Below, piece by piece: positions 12,680 through 23,832 of a DNA stretch of 64,000 nucleotides; the first letter of the stretch is position 1, and each line of letters begins with the position of its first letter. Location: the NCBI RefSeq assembly GCF_963921235.1, contig NC_086109.1, positions 16,184,001-16,248,000 on the forward strand, in the 5' to 3' direction. Source of the stretch: Mobula hypostoma. Lineage: Eukaryota. Made by a program: the position numbers and the translations under genes. The notes beneath the pieces were generated by a model. The model was not told where the DNA came from and did not search any database. It saw nothing but the letters and a program-made list of their open reading frames with translations.

Positions 12680-13160
12680 TGAGGGTAACTAGTGGACCTC
12701 ATAACACGATGAAATAGGGACATGACTGACCTGGCACGCGAAGTCAGCTCCAGCATACTGAGCGGATGAGATCTACAGTGAGATCCAATGGCCAGGAAGG
12801 TGATTCTGCAAAGCCTCATGGAGAATGAAGGGCATGGCAAGGTACAGAAGAAATCATGGTCAACCACTGCAACCAGGGAAGGTCCCAGTTGTGACGACTA
12901 CTTGTACCACTAAACCCAGACTTCTGAAGTCAAGACAATGGAATCACCCCAGCACAATGACTTTTCCACTTTAAAAACTCTCCAGCACAGGTTTCTTTAT
13001 CATCAAAATAAGGAAGTTTGCAGATACTGGAAATCCAAAGCAACACACACAAAATACGGGAGGAACTCTGCAGATCAGGCAGCATCTATGGAAGCGAATA
13101 AACAGTCGGCATTTCGGGCCGAGACCCTTCCCTCTGTCATCATTGGATACAAATATCAAC
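12680..13160 (+). mobile_element. Short RTE-5'UTR-like element, split by a minus-strand Penelope-tail fragment (about 12995-13130)
   Basis: Structured GC-richer head. The inserted segment (ggaggaactctgcagatcaggcagcatct...tttcgggccgagaccctt) matches the reverse complement of the PLE tail. RTE assignment is tentative. Confidence 0.45.
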
Positions 13161-13952
13161 AAATCAAATAAAATTTTTTTAAAAAATCAATCATGCTATT
13201 CTATTTCCTTCCCCTTTTATATTTCTCTTGCGTCCCTCTAAACATGTTTATACACTTTGCTTTAATCCGTATGTGTGGTAGCAAGTTCCACTATTGCGAT
13301 GTAAACAGCAGTCATTTTGTGCTCGATAAGCTCCCACATTTGTCAACTGAGATAATCGCCAGGTAATCTGTCTTACTTTCACAGCTTTGTTTTCTGGTTT
13401 GCAGAATTTCATCACCAAGAATTAGCTCCAATAAAGTATAGCAGATTCTGAGCAAAACGAAAATAATCCCCAGAGTTATTATTCTACCTCAAAGCAGGGT
13501 GGAAAGGCACCGACTAATTGGATAAGAATGCACAGTCCTTGTTCCTGCTGTAAAGTGAGGCCTGATATTTGAAGACTTTCACAGAAGGTGCTTGAAGTCA
13601 TTTAAACCTCAGGTGGGCAAAGCTATTCATAAATTGTCATTTTTATATAAAGTGTCCCAGTTTTACAGGCTTCATCTTGCCTTTCCTTTCCCCTAAAGGC
13701 TGGAGCATTTGAAGGTTTCCAGGACTGAGAGTAACCTAAGTGCTTCAGTCAGCTTGGTGGATGATCCTGCATCCTAATGTAAAATAAGAGAACTGAGCGA
13801 AAGCAAGAACTCTCATTTATATTGTAACGTTCACAGTCACAGAAAATCCCAAAGCACGCACCGAAGCACTTTTCTGAAGTATGGTTACTTTTGTAATGTG
13901 GGGAAAATGGCATACCAGGCACCCACAATGAATACAGGGCAAGATACTCCCA

Positions 13953-14690
13953 GTAAGATGGCGGGACTTCAATCGCAGCAGCTTCTACGGGGTCAACCAA
14001 AGGAGTTACTGTCCTTTTTAAATGTATTTTTTACAATCGTAAGACCTTGCTGAACTTAAAGTACTGCAGGTCTCCCCCATCAGCAAGTTGCTTTTAGTTG
14101 GGGAAACTGGAGGAGCAGGACTTGGTGCAGATCGTGCTTCTGCCCGCGTTAGAGAGGAATCGGAAGAGTCAGTACGTGATGGCAGACTTAATCGCTTTTT
14201 TTTATGATTGCAAGGCCCTGTTGGACATTGCTAATGCAGAATGCAGCAAGTCTGATTCACTAATTTATTGGTGGTTGGCAAGGGGGCGACGTGGTCTCAG
14301 TTGTAGCGAGGTCTAGGACGCAGGCTGAGGTGTTACTTGCTTTCAGCCACCCAGGATAGAGGCGCAGAGATGTGTGGCATGACTTCCAAGCTGCAGTCAG
14401 TGCTGCCCCCCAGTGTTCGCTCAGCAGAAGACAAGCTTTATTGTGTTCGACTGCAGACTGCTGCAACATTCATGGATTCAGGGTCTTGGACTATTTTTCT
14501 TTGTGTGACTATATTTTACTGATGTCTTATATGTGCTTGCCATCTTATATGTGCTATATGTGCTTTGTGCTGTGTTTGACTGTCGGAATTGTGTGTTGCA
14601 CCTTGGCCTCGGAGTAACACAGTTTTGTTTGGCTGTATTCATGTATGGTTGAATGACAATTAAACTTCAATCTGAACTTGAGCTTGAATG
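13953..14690 (+). mobile_element. Non-autonomous element with AAGATGGCG head and Rex-like tail
   Basis: Starts aagatggcg and ends gaatgacaattaaacttcaatctgaacttga. A homologous copy lies at 52825-53345. Confidence 0.6.
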
Positions 14691-14849
14691 ACCAATGTTA
14701 CTAAGGTACAGGAAGAACTGCTGAATACTGATATGACCTATTGGAAAACAACAATTGTCTGGGAATTGGAGCAACTTGTGCCTCTTTTACCCATAAAATG
14801 CACATAAAATCGTGTTTTATTATAATAGCATCAGTGACATTATACTGCC

Positions 14850-15122
14850 TTGCGCTGTCTTGTACAATTCCGCCATGGACTGTCCCAAGCCCAGCTGCAA
14901 AAGGAGGAGGGTGGGACATGGGGCTAGCAATCCGATCCCATTTAAAAAAAAACAGTGCTACAGAATTGCCAACAGAAACTCTGAAGATCTCATCCCTGGG
15001 AGAGGAAGGATCTAAGTAGATGGAGTACACCTGGGAATAACTTGGAAGACTGGCTGAGGATAGAGGACTCGAGGAGCTGCTGTTGGCGTCCTCTGCCCCA
15101 GTAGGAGTGACGGACTGAAGAG
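14850..15122 (+). mobile_element. Short non-coding RTE-tailed element with twister-like 5' head
   Basis: Twister-like core at 14856-14918 and pseudoknot motif at 14909-14946. The 3' part resembles an RTE ORF end (YTWE*LGRLAEDRGL...). Confidence 0.6.
14856..14918 (+). ncRNA. Twister-ribozyme-like motif (possibly decayed)
   Basis: caa-ttcc-gcc-atg-gactg-tcccaagcc-cag-ctgcaaaa-ggag-gaggg. P2 TTCC/GGAG, L4 UCCCAAGCC and L1 GAGGG match the twister consensus layout. Confidence 0.6.
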
Positions 15123-15319
15123 CAAAAGAGAGCTGTCTTGTACAGCTTTGGTCTGTGTGTGACTATACGCACTGCGTTTGAAACTTGGCCCCAGAGGAAC
15201 TATGATTCATTTAGCTGCATACATATGTCTGGATGAATGACAATCACTTGAACTTGATAAACTCACATTTTGATTATTTTCTATTTAAGTCTCACCCATC
15301 TGCGCATTGGGAGGTTAAA

Positions 15320-15815
15320 GTTGAAAGGAAAGTACCTCGTAAATGGCAGCAGCATTGATGTGTGGAAGGGTCTTAGGGTACAAGTCAGTAGTTCCCAAGT
15401 AGATAGTGTGGTAAGGAAGGCATTGAAACACTGAGCATAAAAATCAGGAAATCATGTTTTAGCTGTCCAAGACTAGGTTAGGCCACACTTGGAGTACTGT
15501 GTCTGCTTCCTAATCGCCCCATTACAAGAAGGATATGGAGTCTTTGGAGAGGATGTGGAGGGTGTTCACCAGGATGCTGCCTAGGGTAGAGTGTATTAAC
15601 TATATGGAGAGGCTGGACAGACTGCGATAGTTTTCTCTGGAATGTTGGAGGCTGATGGAAGAGCTATATAAAATTATGAGAAACAAGGTTAGGGTTTATA
15701 GTTAGAGTCTCTCTCCCAGGGTAAAAATGTCTAGAGGGCATACCTTTCAGGTGAGTGGTTCAAAGTTTGAGAGGGATGTACAGAGCAAGCTTTATTTTCC
15801 CCAAAGAGTGGTCAG
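15320..15815 (+). mobile_element. Old CR1 3' fragment
   Basis: ggttaggccacacttggagtactgtgt and downstream sequence resemble the CR1 at 23101-23832. Confidence 0.75.
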
Positions 15816-16841
15816 GTTGTTGAGGTTGGAGGTGAGGAAAGGCCAATTCGGTTCACTGCTCCACGAAGTTTACTCATCTTGCTATTGAACTGAAGCCGTG
15901 GCCTGCAACAAATAGGCTTCTGAATCGGCTGCAGTGACACCTGCCCGCGGACCCACTTTCACGAGCTTCAGTTCTGAATGCTAAATGCCTACTTTTTGTT
16001 GTTTGCACGATTTGTTTTTTTTTTCTCAGCACTTTGGGTATTTGATGGTCTTCTTTTGTTTCAATGGGTTCAATTGGGTTTCTTCGCTTTGTGGCTGCCT
16101 GTAAGGAGAAGAATCTCATGGGATATAAAGTACACATACCTTGACAATAAATGTACTTTGAATTTTGAACATTGAGTGTTAGGCAGGAGCAACTGCTAGA
16201 AGCAGGCACGACAGTCGTGTTAACCAGGCACTTGGGCAGGCATGTGAACATGAAGAGTTATGGATCACGTGCAGGCAGATGGATTAGTTTCATTTCACAT
16301 TGTGGCCAGCAGAGATATTGTGGGCTGAAGGCCCTCCTCCTGTGCTGTACTGTTCTATGATCATCTGGATAGTGGGGTGAAAACTTCCGTGAGTACGTCA
16401 CACAATTAGGGGTCAGAACAATGAGAGGGAAGGTCATTTAAACTTTTTTTTAATGTTTTTCACAATCTTTAATGGGTCCCATGCTTGGGTAAGATACACC
16501 ACCTGTTCAGCGCACCATTTATGAGTGAAGTCTAATATCCAGGTGGATGGGGTTGAGAGGGAAAATTACATCAGCAATGATTGGACGGTGATGGGGTGAA
16601 TGGTCTGATTCTACTCTTGTGTCTTATGATCCTATGGTCTATGCCAAAGGTACAACCCCAAAATCATAACCACAAGGGATTCTACAGACGCTGGAAATCC
16701 AGAGTAAAACACAAAATGCTGGAGGAATTCAGCAGGCCAGGCAGCATTTAGGGAAAGGAATACTTAGTCAACATTTCATAAGGCCATTCATCAGGATAGC
16801 CTCACAGACGCATATTGATCAGATTTACTGAGGGCGTATAC

Positions 16842-17220
16842 TCATCATCATTATGTGGTGTGCCACATGACATGGGCAATCACGGTCTTCCTCTCTCGAT
16901 CCATGACCATGATTGTTCTCGTCAAATTTTTCTATGGAATTGATTTGCCATTGCCTTCTTCTGGGCAGAGCCTGGACAAGATAGAGTAGGTGATCCCAGC
17001 TATTATCAACACTCTTCAGAGATCGTCTGCCTGGCATCAGCAGTCACATAACCAGATCACCGGCTGCTCAGATGGCCATCCACCACCTGCTCCATGGCTT
17101 CACATGACCCTGATTCTGGGTCTAATCAGGTGCTACACCTTGCCCAAGGGTGACCTGCGGGCTAGCGGAGGGAAGGAGCACCTTACACCCCCTTTGGCAG
17201 AGACATATCTCCACCCCCCC
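16842..17220 (-). mobile_element. Copy of short RTE/BovB-tailed element
   Basis: Reverse complement of 40015-40395, with a (TGA)n tail. Confidence 0.8.
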
Positions 17221-17834
17221 AAAAACATGCACTACCGCATACACTAAACCCACGTTTACATAACATTCAGCACTGGGGGCGTAGCTCACCACAAAGACTG
17301 TAGAGGTTCGGAAAGATGGCTTGGAGTACTTTATCAATTATGAATCCCCAAAGAATGATTCAATCATTGACTCATACTTGACTCATCTATTTCCATCCAC
17401 GTTCAGTCAGTTTTTACTTGTTTGCCCTAGCTACTCTTGCTGCTCGGTTAACCATTTGTTTCCCTGATGATTTGGGGACTTGAGAATGGTGTGAGAATGT
17501 TGCCAGGACTCAGGGCCTGAGTTATAAGGGACAGATCAGGAAAGCTAAGACTATATTCCTAGGAGATTGGGTGGGGGGGGGAGGTGACCTTATAGAGGTG
17601 TATACAATCATGAGGAACACAACTAAGATGGGGGGTACACATTCCTTTTCCTGGAGGAAGGGAATGTAAAACTGGAGAGTATACATTTAACATGAAAGGG
17701 GAAAGATTTACAAGTGATCTGAGGGCCATTTTCTTTGTGCAGAGGGTGGGATGAGTTATGAGGAAATTGGGGCAGATCAAATAACAACATTTCAAAGATA
17801 TTTGGACAGGTACATGGATAGAAAAGGTCTAGAG

Positions 17835-17915
17835 TAGGGGTTTCCCAACCTGGGGTCCATGAACCCCTCGGTTAATGGTAAGAGTCCATGGCATAATAAA
17901 GACTGGGAACCGCTG
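17835..17915. mobile_element. 81-bp hAT (Charlie-like) MITE
   Basis: Imperfect TIRs taggggtttcccaacc / gactgggaaccgctg. 8-bp TSD gtctagag (17827-17834) / gtttagag (17916-17923). Confidence 0.8.
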
Positions 17916-17960
17916 GTTTAGAGGGACATGGGTGAAATACAGCCAAATGGGACTAGCTTA

Positions 17961-18127
17961 TGGTGTGTTCATTACTGAGGGAGAGTGCAGAGCACACCAG
18001 GATGCCAGCCTGCAGGGTACTCAACTGAACTTTATTGATCACGCTGCTTGTACAGAATGTGAACTCCTCCCATATGGGAGTGGCTAATTGAGTGGCATGG
18101 GGAATAATACTGTCAGCTGCCACTACG
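17961..18127 (-). mobile_element. 167-bp solo-LTR-like insertion
   Basis: Perfect 5-bp TSD gctta at 17956-17960 and 18128-18132. Termini are TG...CG (decayed CA?), with AATAAA on the minus strand. Confidence 0.6.
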
Positions 18128-18902
18128 GCTTACATGGGCATCCTGGTCAGCATGAATGAGTTGGGCTGAAGGGCCTGTTTCTGTGCTATATTACTCTATG
18201 GCTCCAGTGGTTCTTTAAGGGTTGCTTTAGCAGAAATATTCCTACACATGTCATATCACTCTGCATTCACTTACTCTAATTCCTTCATTTCATTGAATAT
18301 TCAGCTTAATACTATCCATAATTAAATAGAATATATACTATATCCAGTTGATAATGAATGACATTATTATTATTATTACTGCCTTTAGTACTGGTTTCGG
18401 TTTATTATATAGTGAAATGGGAAACAGTGAAAAGATTTTATTTTGTGTACCATCCACACAGTTTATGCCACACATAATTACACTGAGGTAATAAAAAGAA
18501 AACAATGCAGAATATGTTACAGCAGCTCCAGAGAAAGTGCAATGCAGGTAGAGAGAGAAGCTCTTTAAAAAATTAAGGGAGAATTTGCATAATGTCAGAT
18601 TTCAATCAGCCAGATCTGCCGTAACTGCTAGAGGCTTTAAAAGGCATAGGTCAGATCACCTTTGGGATATCGTGAACAATTTTGGGCTCCATATCGAAGG
18701 AAAGATATGCTGCCCCCTGCAGAGGACCCAGAGGTGGATCACAATAATGATCTCAGGAATGAAAGGCTTGATGTAAACGGCCAGCTCTTAATGGCTCCGA
18801 GCCTGTGCTCAATGGGGCTCAAGGAGATGAAGGGGAACAGATCTCATTGAAACCTATCAGATACTGAGAGGCCTGGATAGAGTGGACAATTGTGCTTCCA
18901 TT

Positions 18903-19531
18903 TGTCATGGTGCGTGCTCACAAGACTGGACTCAAGCGTGTAGGAACGGCAGGCTTTCTCTGTCACAGTGAGCGCTGGCAATGACTCGACCCAGGAGCGG
19001 AGGAACAGCAGACTCACAATGAAGAGACAGGAACAAGAGGTCAGACATAGGAATACCAACAGAGCATCAGAGGCTCGACCGAGTGGCACCACAAGACAAA
19101 TCATCACACACAAAATGCTGGAGGAACTCAGCAGGCCAGGCCTCATCTATAGAAAAGAATAAACAGTCGAAGTTTCAGACCGAGACCCTTCAGCAGGACT
19201 CCCAAAACAGTCGACTGTTTACTCGTTTCCGTAGATACTGCCTGGCCTTTTAGTTCCTCTAGCATTTTGTGTGGGTTGCTTTGGATTTCCTCAGTCTGCA
19301 GATTTTCTCAAGTTTACAAGATAAATCAATATCCACAACACACAGTAGGATTCTGCTTTCAGAATACCACGAGAGTCCCCTTTAAATAATCATAGAATCT
19401 GGGAAACACATGCTGATCACAATTAACTTCACAAAATTAAACTGAAAGCACCTGGACTTAATGGCTCTAACAGTTAGTAAATACAGAAACCCTGAAGCCC
19501 AACACTCTACGGCAAGCCACAGAAGCCTACA
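18903..19531. mobile_element. Solo LTR (contains a Penelope fold-back insertion)
   Basis: TG...CA termini. Perfect 5-bp TSD ccatt at 18898-18902 and 19532-19536. Confidence 0.8.
19104..19315. mobile_element. Fold-back Penelope-tail insertion
   Basis: Two PLE-tail arms in opposite orientation. TSD acaaga(c/t)aaatca at 19091-19103 and 19316-19328. Confidence 0.8.
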
Positions 19532-19652
19532 CCATTAGCAGGAGAGTCTAATACCCAAGGGCACAAGCTTAGAATAAAGAGATGTCTCTTCAAAGCAAAG
19601 ATGTGGAGGAATTTCTTCAGCCAGAGTGTGATGACTCTGTGGGATTCATTGC

Positions 19653-20239
19653 TGTAACTGTCTCTGAGACATGTTTCATTGAGATGTTTATTTTATATGT
19701 TTTGGCCATAAATTCATGATTTTTTTAACTTAAAATAATGTTTGATTAAAAATTTTGTGCTTTTTATGTAAAGTTTTATTTAATGTCGAGTGTGATGGGT
19801 CACATGACCAGACTTTAATAAGAGCATGACTGTGGCATTATGGGTCAGAACCAACATGGAAGCAGCGAAAGACATATGGTCCTGAAATAACCTTATTCAG
19901 CGTGTGGTCCAAGAGGCGCACATGGTAATTGTCTTTATTTGTTTTATATTGTGTATAATCTTGATATGCCTTTACATGGACAGTGTGATATGTTTTTAGT
20001 GATTTTATTTGATTTCAGCACACTTCTGTTTTGCTGACGTGTTTTGGGCCTGTTTATCAGGGGACACTAGCTTGAGAGACTTTAAAAGACTGAGAGATGT
20101 ATATTTCAAGCCTTTTATGTCTTTTATTTTCTTGTAGTTTTCAAGGTGTCTGCTGAAGAAAGAGAAAGAGATAAAAATAAATCTTCAAGGACATCTGTAT
20201 GATGCGTGGCCATTATTTCATTGGACCAGTGTAGTTACA
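19653..20239 (+). mobile_element. Solo LTR
   Basis: Termini TGTAAC...GTTACA, AATAAA near 20176, and a decayed 5-bp TSD attgc/attat. It interrupts CR1 sequence. Confidence 0.75.
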
Positions 20240-20279
20240 ATTATCACAGAGGTTGGTGGAGGCCAAGACATTGAATGTA

Positions 20280-21837
20280 CAATGACTTGACAAGTATTTA
20301 GCCCCGCACAAATACTTTCACATTTTACTGTCTTATTTTCTAAATTTAAAATATATCGAAGTAGGATTTTTTTGATAATCTAGGAAACTTTGGGCATCAT
20401 GTCAAACCAAAAGAAAAAATTCAAAACCTGTCAACAATTTACTAAAAATTAAAAACCAGAATAGTGAGGCTGAAAACGTATTCATCCCCTTTGTAATTAC
20501 TATGACAACTTTCCTGAGGTGCAATACTGTACATTGCCTTACCAACTCATTCAACTTGTTGATGCAGAAAACTGGAGAATCACCTGTTTTCAATGAATTC
20601 ATAAGTATAAATACTCCTCTCGCTAAGGTCCAACAGTATGGTAGATTTTCTTGGTCCAGACCAAACCAAAATGAAAACAAAAAAGCACTCAAGACAAGAT
20701 GATAAAGAAGCACAAATCTGGGGAATGGTGGAAGACCATCTCAAAGGCCCTGAACAGACATCAGACCTCTGTGTAGTCAATTGTGAAAAAGTGGAAAAAA
20801 ATATGAAACCACGGCTGCACTGCACTGCCTTAGGTAAGGCTTCCCTCTAAACTTAGTTGCCAGAGAAGGATGGCACTTGTAAGAGACATCAACAGTCACT
20901 CTGCAGAAGTCAGTGGCTCCAACTGGAGATGAAGTTCATGGCTCCACAATCTCCAAGCCCTTTCACAAAAAGAATATTTATGTAAGAGTGGCAAGGAAGC
21001 AGCCCTGGCTGAAAAACAAATATATCACTGCCCGTAAAGACTTTGTAAACCATCTCTTAAAGGATACTGTAAAGATGTGGAAGGAGGTCTTGTGGCTAGA
21101 TGAGACTAAAGTGGAACTCTTTGGTCTTAACAGTAAGTGTCAGGAATCTAATACTGTGCATCAACCAGGTAACACTATCCCTGCCGTAAAATATGGTGGC
21201 AGTGGCATCATGCTATGGAGATGTTTTTCAGCAGCAAAGACTGGAAATCTGGTCAGAATTGATTGATGGGAAGATGATTGCAGCTAAATATAGAGAGAGA
21301 CTGGAAAAAAAAATAGCCTGTTAGACTCTGCCCAGCTTAACTGGGGAAGGTCATTCATTTTTCAGCAGGACAACGAACCAAAGCACACTTGATGTTCTTG
21401 GGTGGCCCATTCAGAGTCCTGACCTTAACCCAATCAAACATCTCAGGTAAGACCTCAAGATTGCTGTCCACCACCGCTCCCCAACTAACCAGGCACAGCT
21501 CGAGCAATTTTACAGAGGAATGGACAAATCTTGCTTCATCACATTGTGCAAAGCTAATAAAGACTTATCCAAAAAGACCACTGGTTGTAATAGCTGCGAG
21601 AGGTGGTTCAACTAAGTACAAGGAAAGGGGGATGAGTACTTTTGAACTGCTGACATTTCAATTTTTGAATTTTAGTTTTTCATGCTTTGCAATTTTCCCT
21701 GTTTTTTGCCTCTATAGTAAAAAAAAAGCATGTGATTCATAAACAAAAATTCTCAGTTAAATTAATCAGAATCCCTGGTTGTAATACTCATTTATGTGAA
21801 CAAAGTGTTGGGGACCGAATACTTTTACAATGCACCG
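20280..21837 (+). mobile_element. Tc1-family DNA transposon with pseudogenised transposase
   Basis: TA TSDs at 20278-79 and 21838-39, with imperfect TIRs. Transposase motifs [31 protein letters not shown] and SPDLNPIKH. Frameshifts and deletions present. Confidence 0.92.
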
Positions 21838-23100
21838 TATTTAAGGCAGAGATTGATACGTAGATAAGGGTGTTAAGGGGTATAAGGAGACAACAGGAGA
21901 AAGAATCTTTTACCTGAGCTCCACATTCCTATAATGACACCATATTCCTTGATTCCTTTAATATCCAAGAATCAATCGATCTCTAATTTGAAAATACCCA
22001 TTAACTACACAAGCACTGCCCTCTTGAGTACAGATTTGCAAAGGTTCAAACTACCTCCAGAGGAAGGAATATTTTTCTCATTTCAGTCCTGAGTGGCTGG
22101 CGATTTACTCTGAGACAATGCATGCTCTGCAGGGCAGACATCATCGCTGATTCTCTGCTTTCAAGCCACAAGAATATTATATATTTTAATAAGATAAAAA
22201 ATTATATATTTTAATGAGTCAAAAAAGTCAAAAGTCAAGTTTATTATACTCTTCTGCACAACAAGTGGAACATTGAAGTGGATGGGCGGCAGAAGACTAT
22301 GAACATACTCTCGATGGTCAGTTTATCAAGTACAGGAGGTACTTAAATAAAATGGCCACTGAGCATAGTTTTGTAATGTTATTTGGGGAAATGACATTTG
22401 CTTCTCATTAGCAGGTTTCCTGGCAACAAACCAGTGGAAGGCAGGAGAGTGAGAGGCACCAGTGTCACGGGAACCTTCTCTGTCCAATGGCTTCTTTCCA
22501 AGAGAATGCTAACGGTCTGACTGGAAGATCAGAGCGGGCACTTTGCATATCACAAATAAGGGGAAATATAGAGGTCTGTGGAAGGAGTGCTCCAAGGGAC
22601 CAGCTCGGTTGTTATACTCAGACTGAAAACTAGATGTCGTTGGATTGGCTTCATTCTGAGTAACCCCAGATCACACTGTGCTGGGCTCACTTGAGTTCAT
22701 TTGTTCTATTTTCAGTTCTGAATCACAACAGCTACCCACCAGCACCAGCTTCAGATAAGCTGTTTTCAGAGAGCATCAGTCTAAGTTCTCTCAGTGGGCT
22801 TTCTAACATTGCTCCAATTAATATCAGTGTACACACACACTCTCTGAAAATAAATGTCTTGATTTCCCTACAAGCTTAACACTCAGAATGAAAGACAGAT
22901 GCAATTTTATAACCATTTTAGGGTTAGAAAAACACATCTGTCCCAATATAACTTACTGCCAATTAAGTTCTTTTTTGAAATGTCACTGTAATAACAATCT
23001 ATCCATCTTAAATATACTGTGATAATCACTAGATAATGCTTTAAGTGTTATAGTTTGAGGGGAAAATAATAGCCAGGTCATGAGAACACTACTGTTCCTC

Positions 23101-23832
23101 GTACAAAGTAAATGGCAGGATACTTGGTAGTGTGGAGGAGCAGAGGGATCTGGGGGTACATGTCCACAGATCCCTGAAAGTTGCCTTACAGGTGGATAGG
23201 GTAGTTAAGAAAGCTTATGGGGTGTTAGCTTTCATAAGTCGAGGGATAGAGTTTAAGAGTCGCGATGTAATGATGCAGCTCTATAAAACTCTGGTTAGGC
23301 CACACTTGGAGTATTGTATCCAGTTCTGGTCACCTCACTAAAGGAAGGATGTGGAAGCATTGGAAAGGGTACAGAGGAGATTTACCATGATGCTGCCTGG
23401 TTTATAAAGTATGCATTATGATCAGAGATTAAGGGAGCTAGGGCTTTACTCTTTGGAGAGGAGGAGGATGAGAGGAGACATGATAGAGGTGTACAAGGTA
23501 ATAAGAGGAATAGATAGAGTGGATAGCCAGCGCCTCTTCCCCAGGGCACCACTGCTCAATACAAGAGGACATGGCTTTAAGGTAAGGGGTGGAAAGTTCA
23601 AGGGGGATATTAGAGGAAGGTTTTTTACTCAGAGAGTGGTTGGTGCGTGGAATGCACTGCCTGAGTCAGTGGTGGAGGCAGATACACTAGTGAAGTTTAA
23701 GAGACTACTAGACAGGTATATGGAAGAATCTAAGGTGGGGGCTTATTTGGGAGGCAGGGTTTGAGAGTCGGCACAACATTGTGGGCCGAAGGGCCTGTAC
23801 TGTGCTGTACTATTCTATGTTCTATGTCTATG
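23101..23832 (+). mobile_element. Young CR1 3' fragment
   Basis: RDLGVHVH..LK, LVRPHLEYCIQFWSP, TRGHGFKV and FFTQRVVGAWNALP motifs; (tctatgt)n tail. Confidence 0.92.

Larger units (their letters stand above)
17500..18205 (+). mobile_element. Old CR1 3' fragment hosting a MITE and a mini-LTR
   Basis: gaggtgaccttatagaggtgtata...gggctgaagggcctgtttctgtgcta, a CR1 tail. Confidence 0.7.
18645..21900 (+). mobile_element. CR1 3' fragment split into four pieces by two solo LTRs and a Tc1
   Basis: Pieces at 18645-18902, 19532-19652, 20240-20279 and 21838-21900 rejoin into a continuous CR1 3' end. Confidence 0.8.

Noticed and set aside
16765..16800. Minus-strand CUGAUGA...GAAA motif (similar remnants at about 7480, 8547, 9850-9885, 10921 and 50630)
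   Set aside because: Stem II or core positions are disrupted or truncated. These are decayed PLE tails and are not called as ribozymes.
22414..22575. Possible exon after ctcattagcag
   Set aside because: Weak polypyrimidine tract and donor; translations are unrecognisable.
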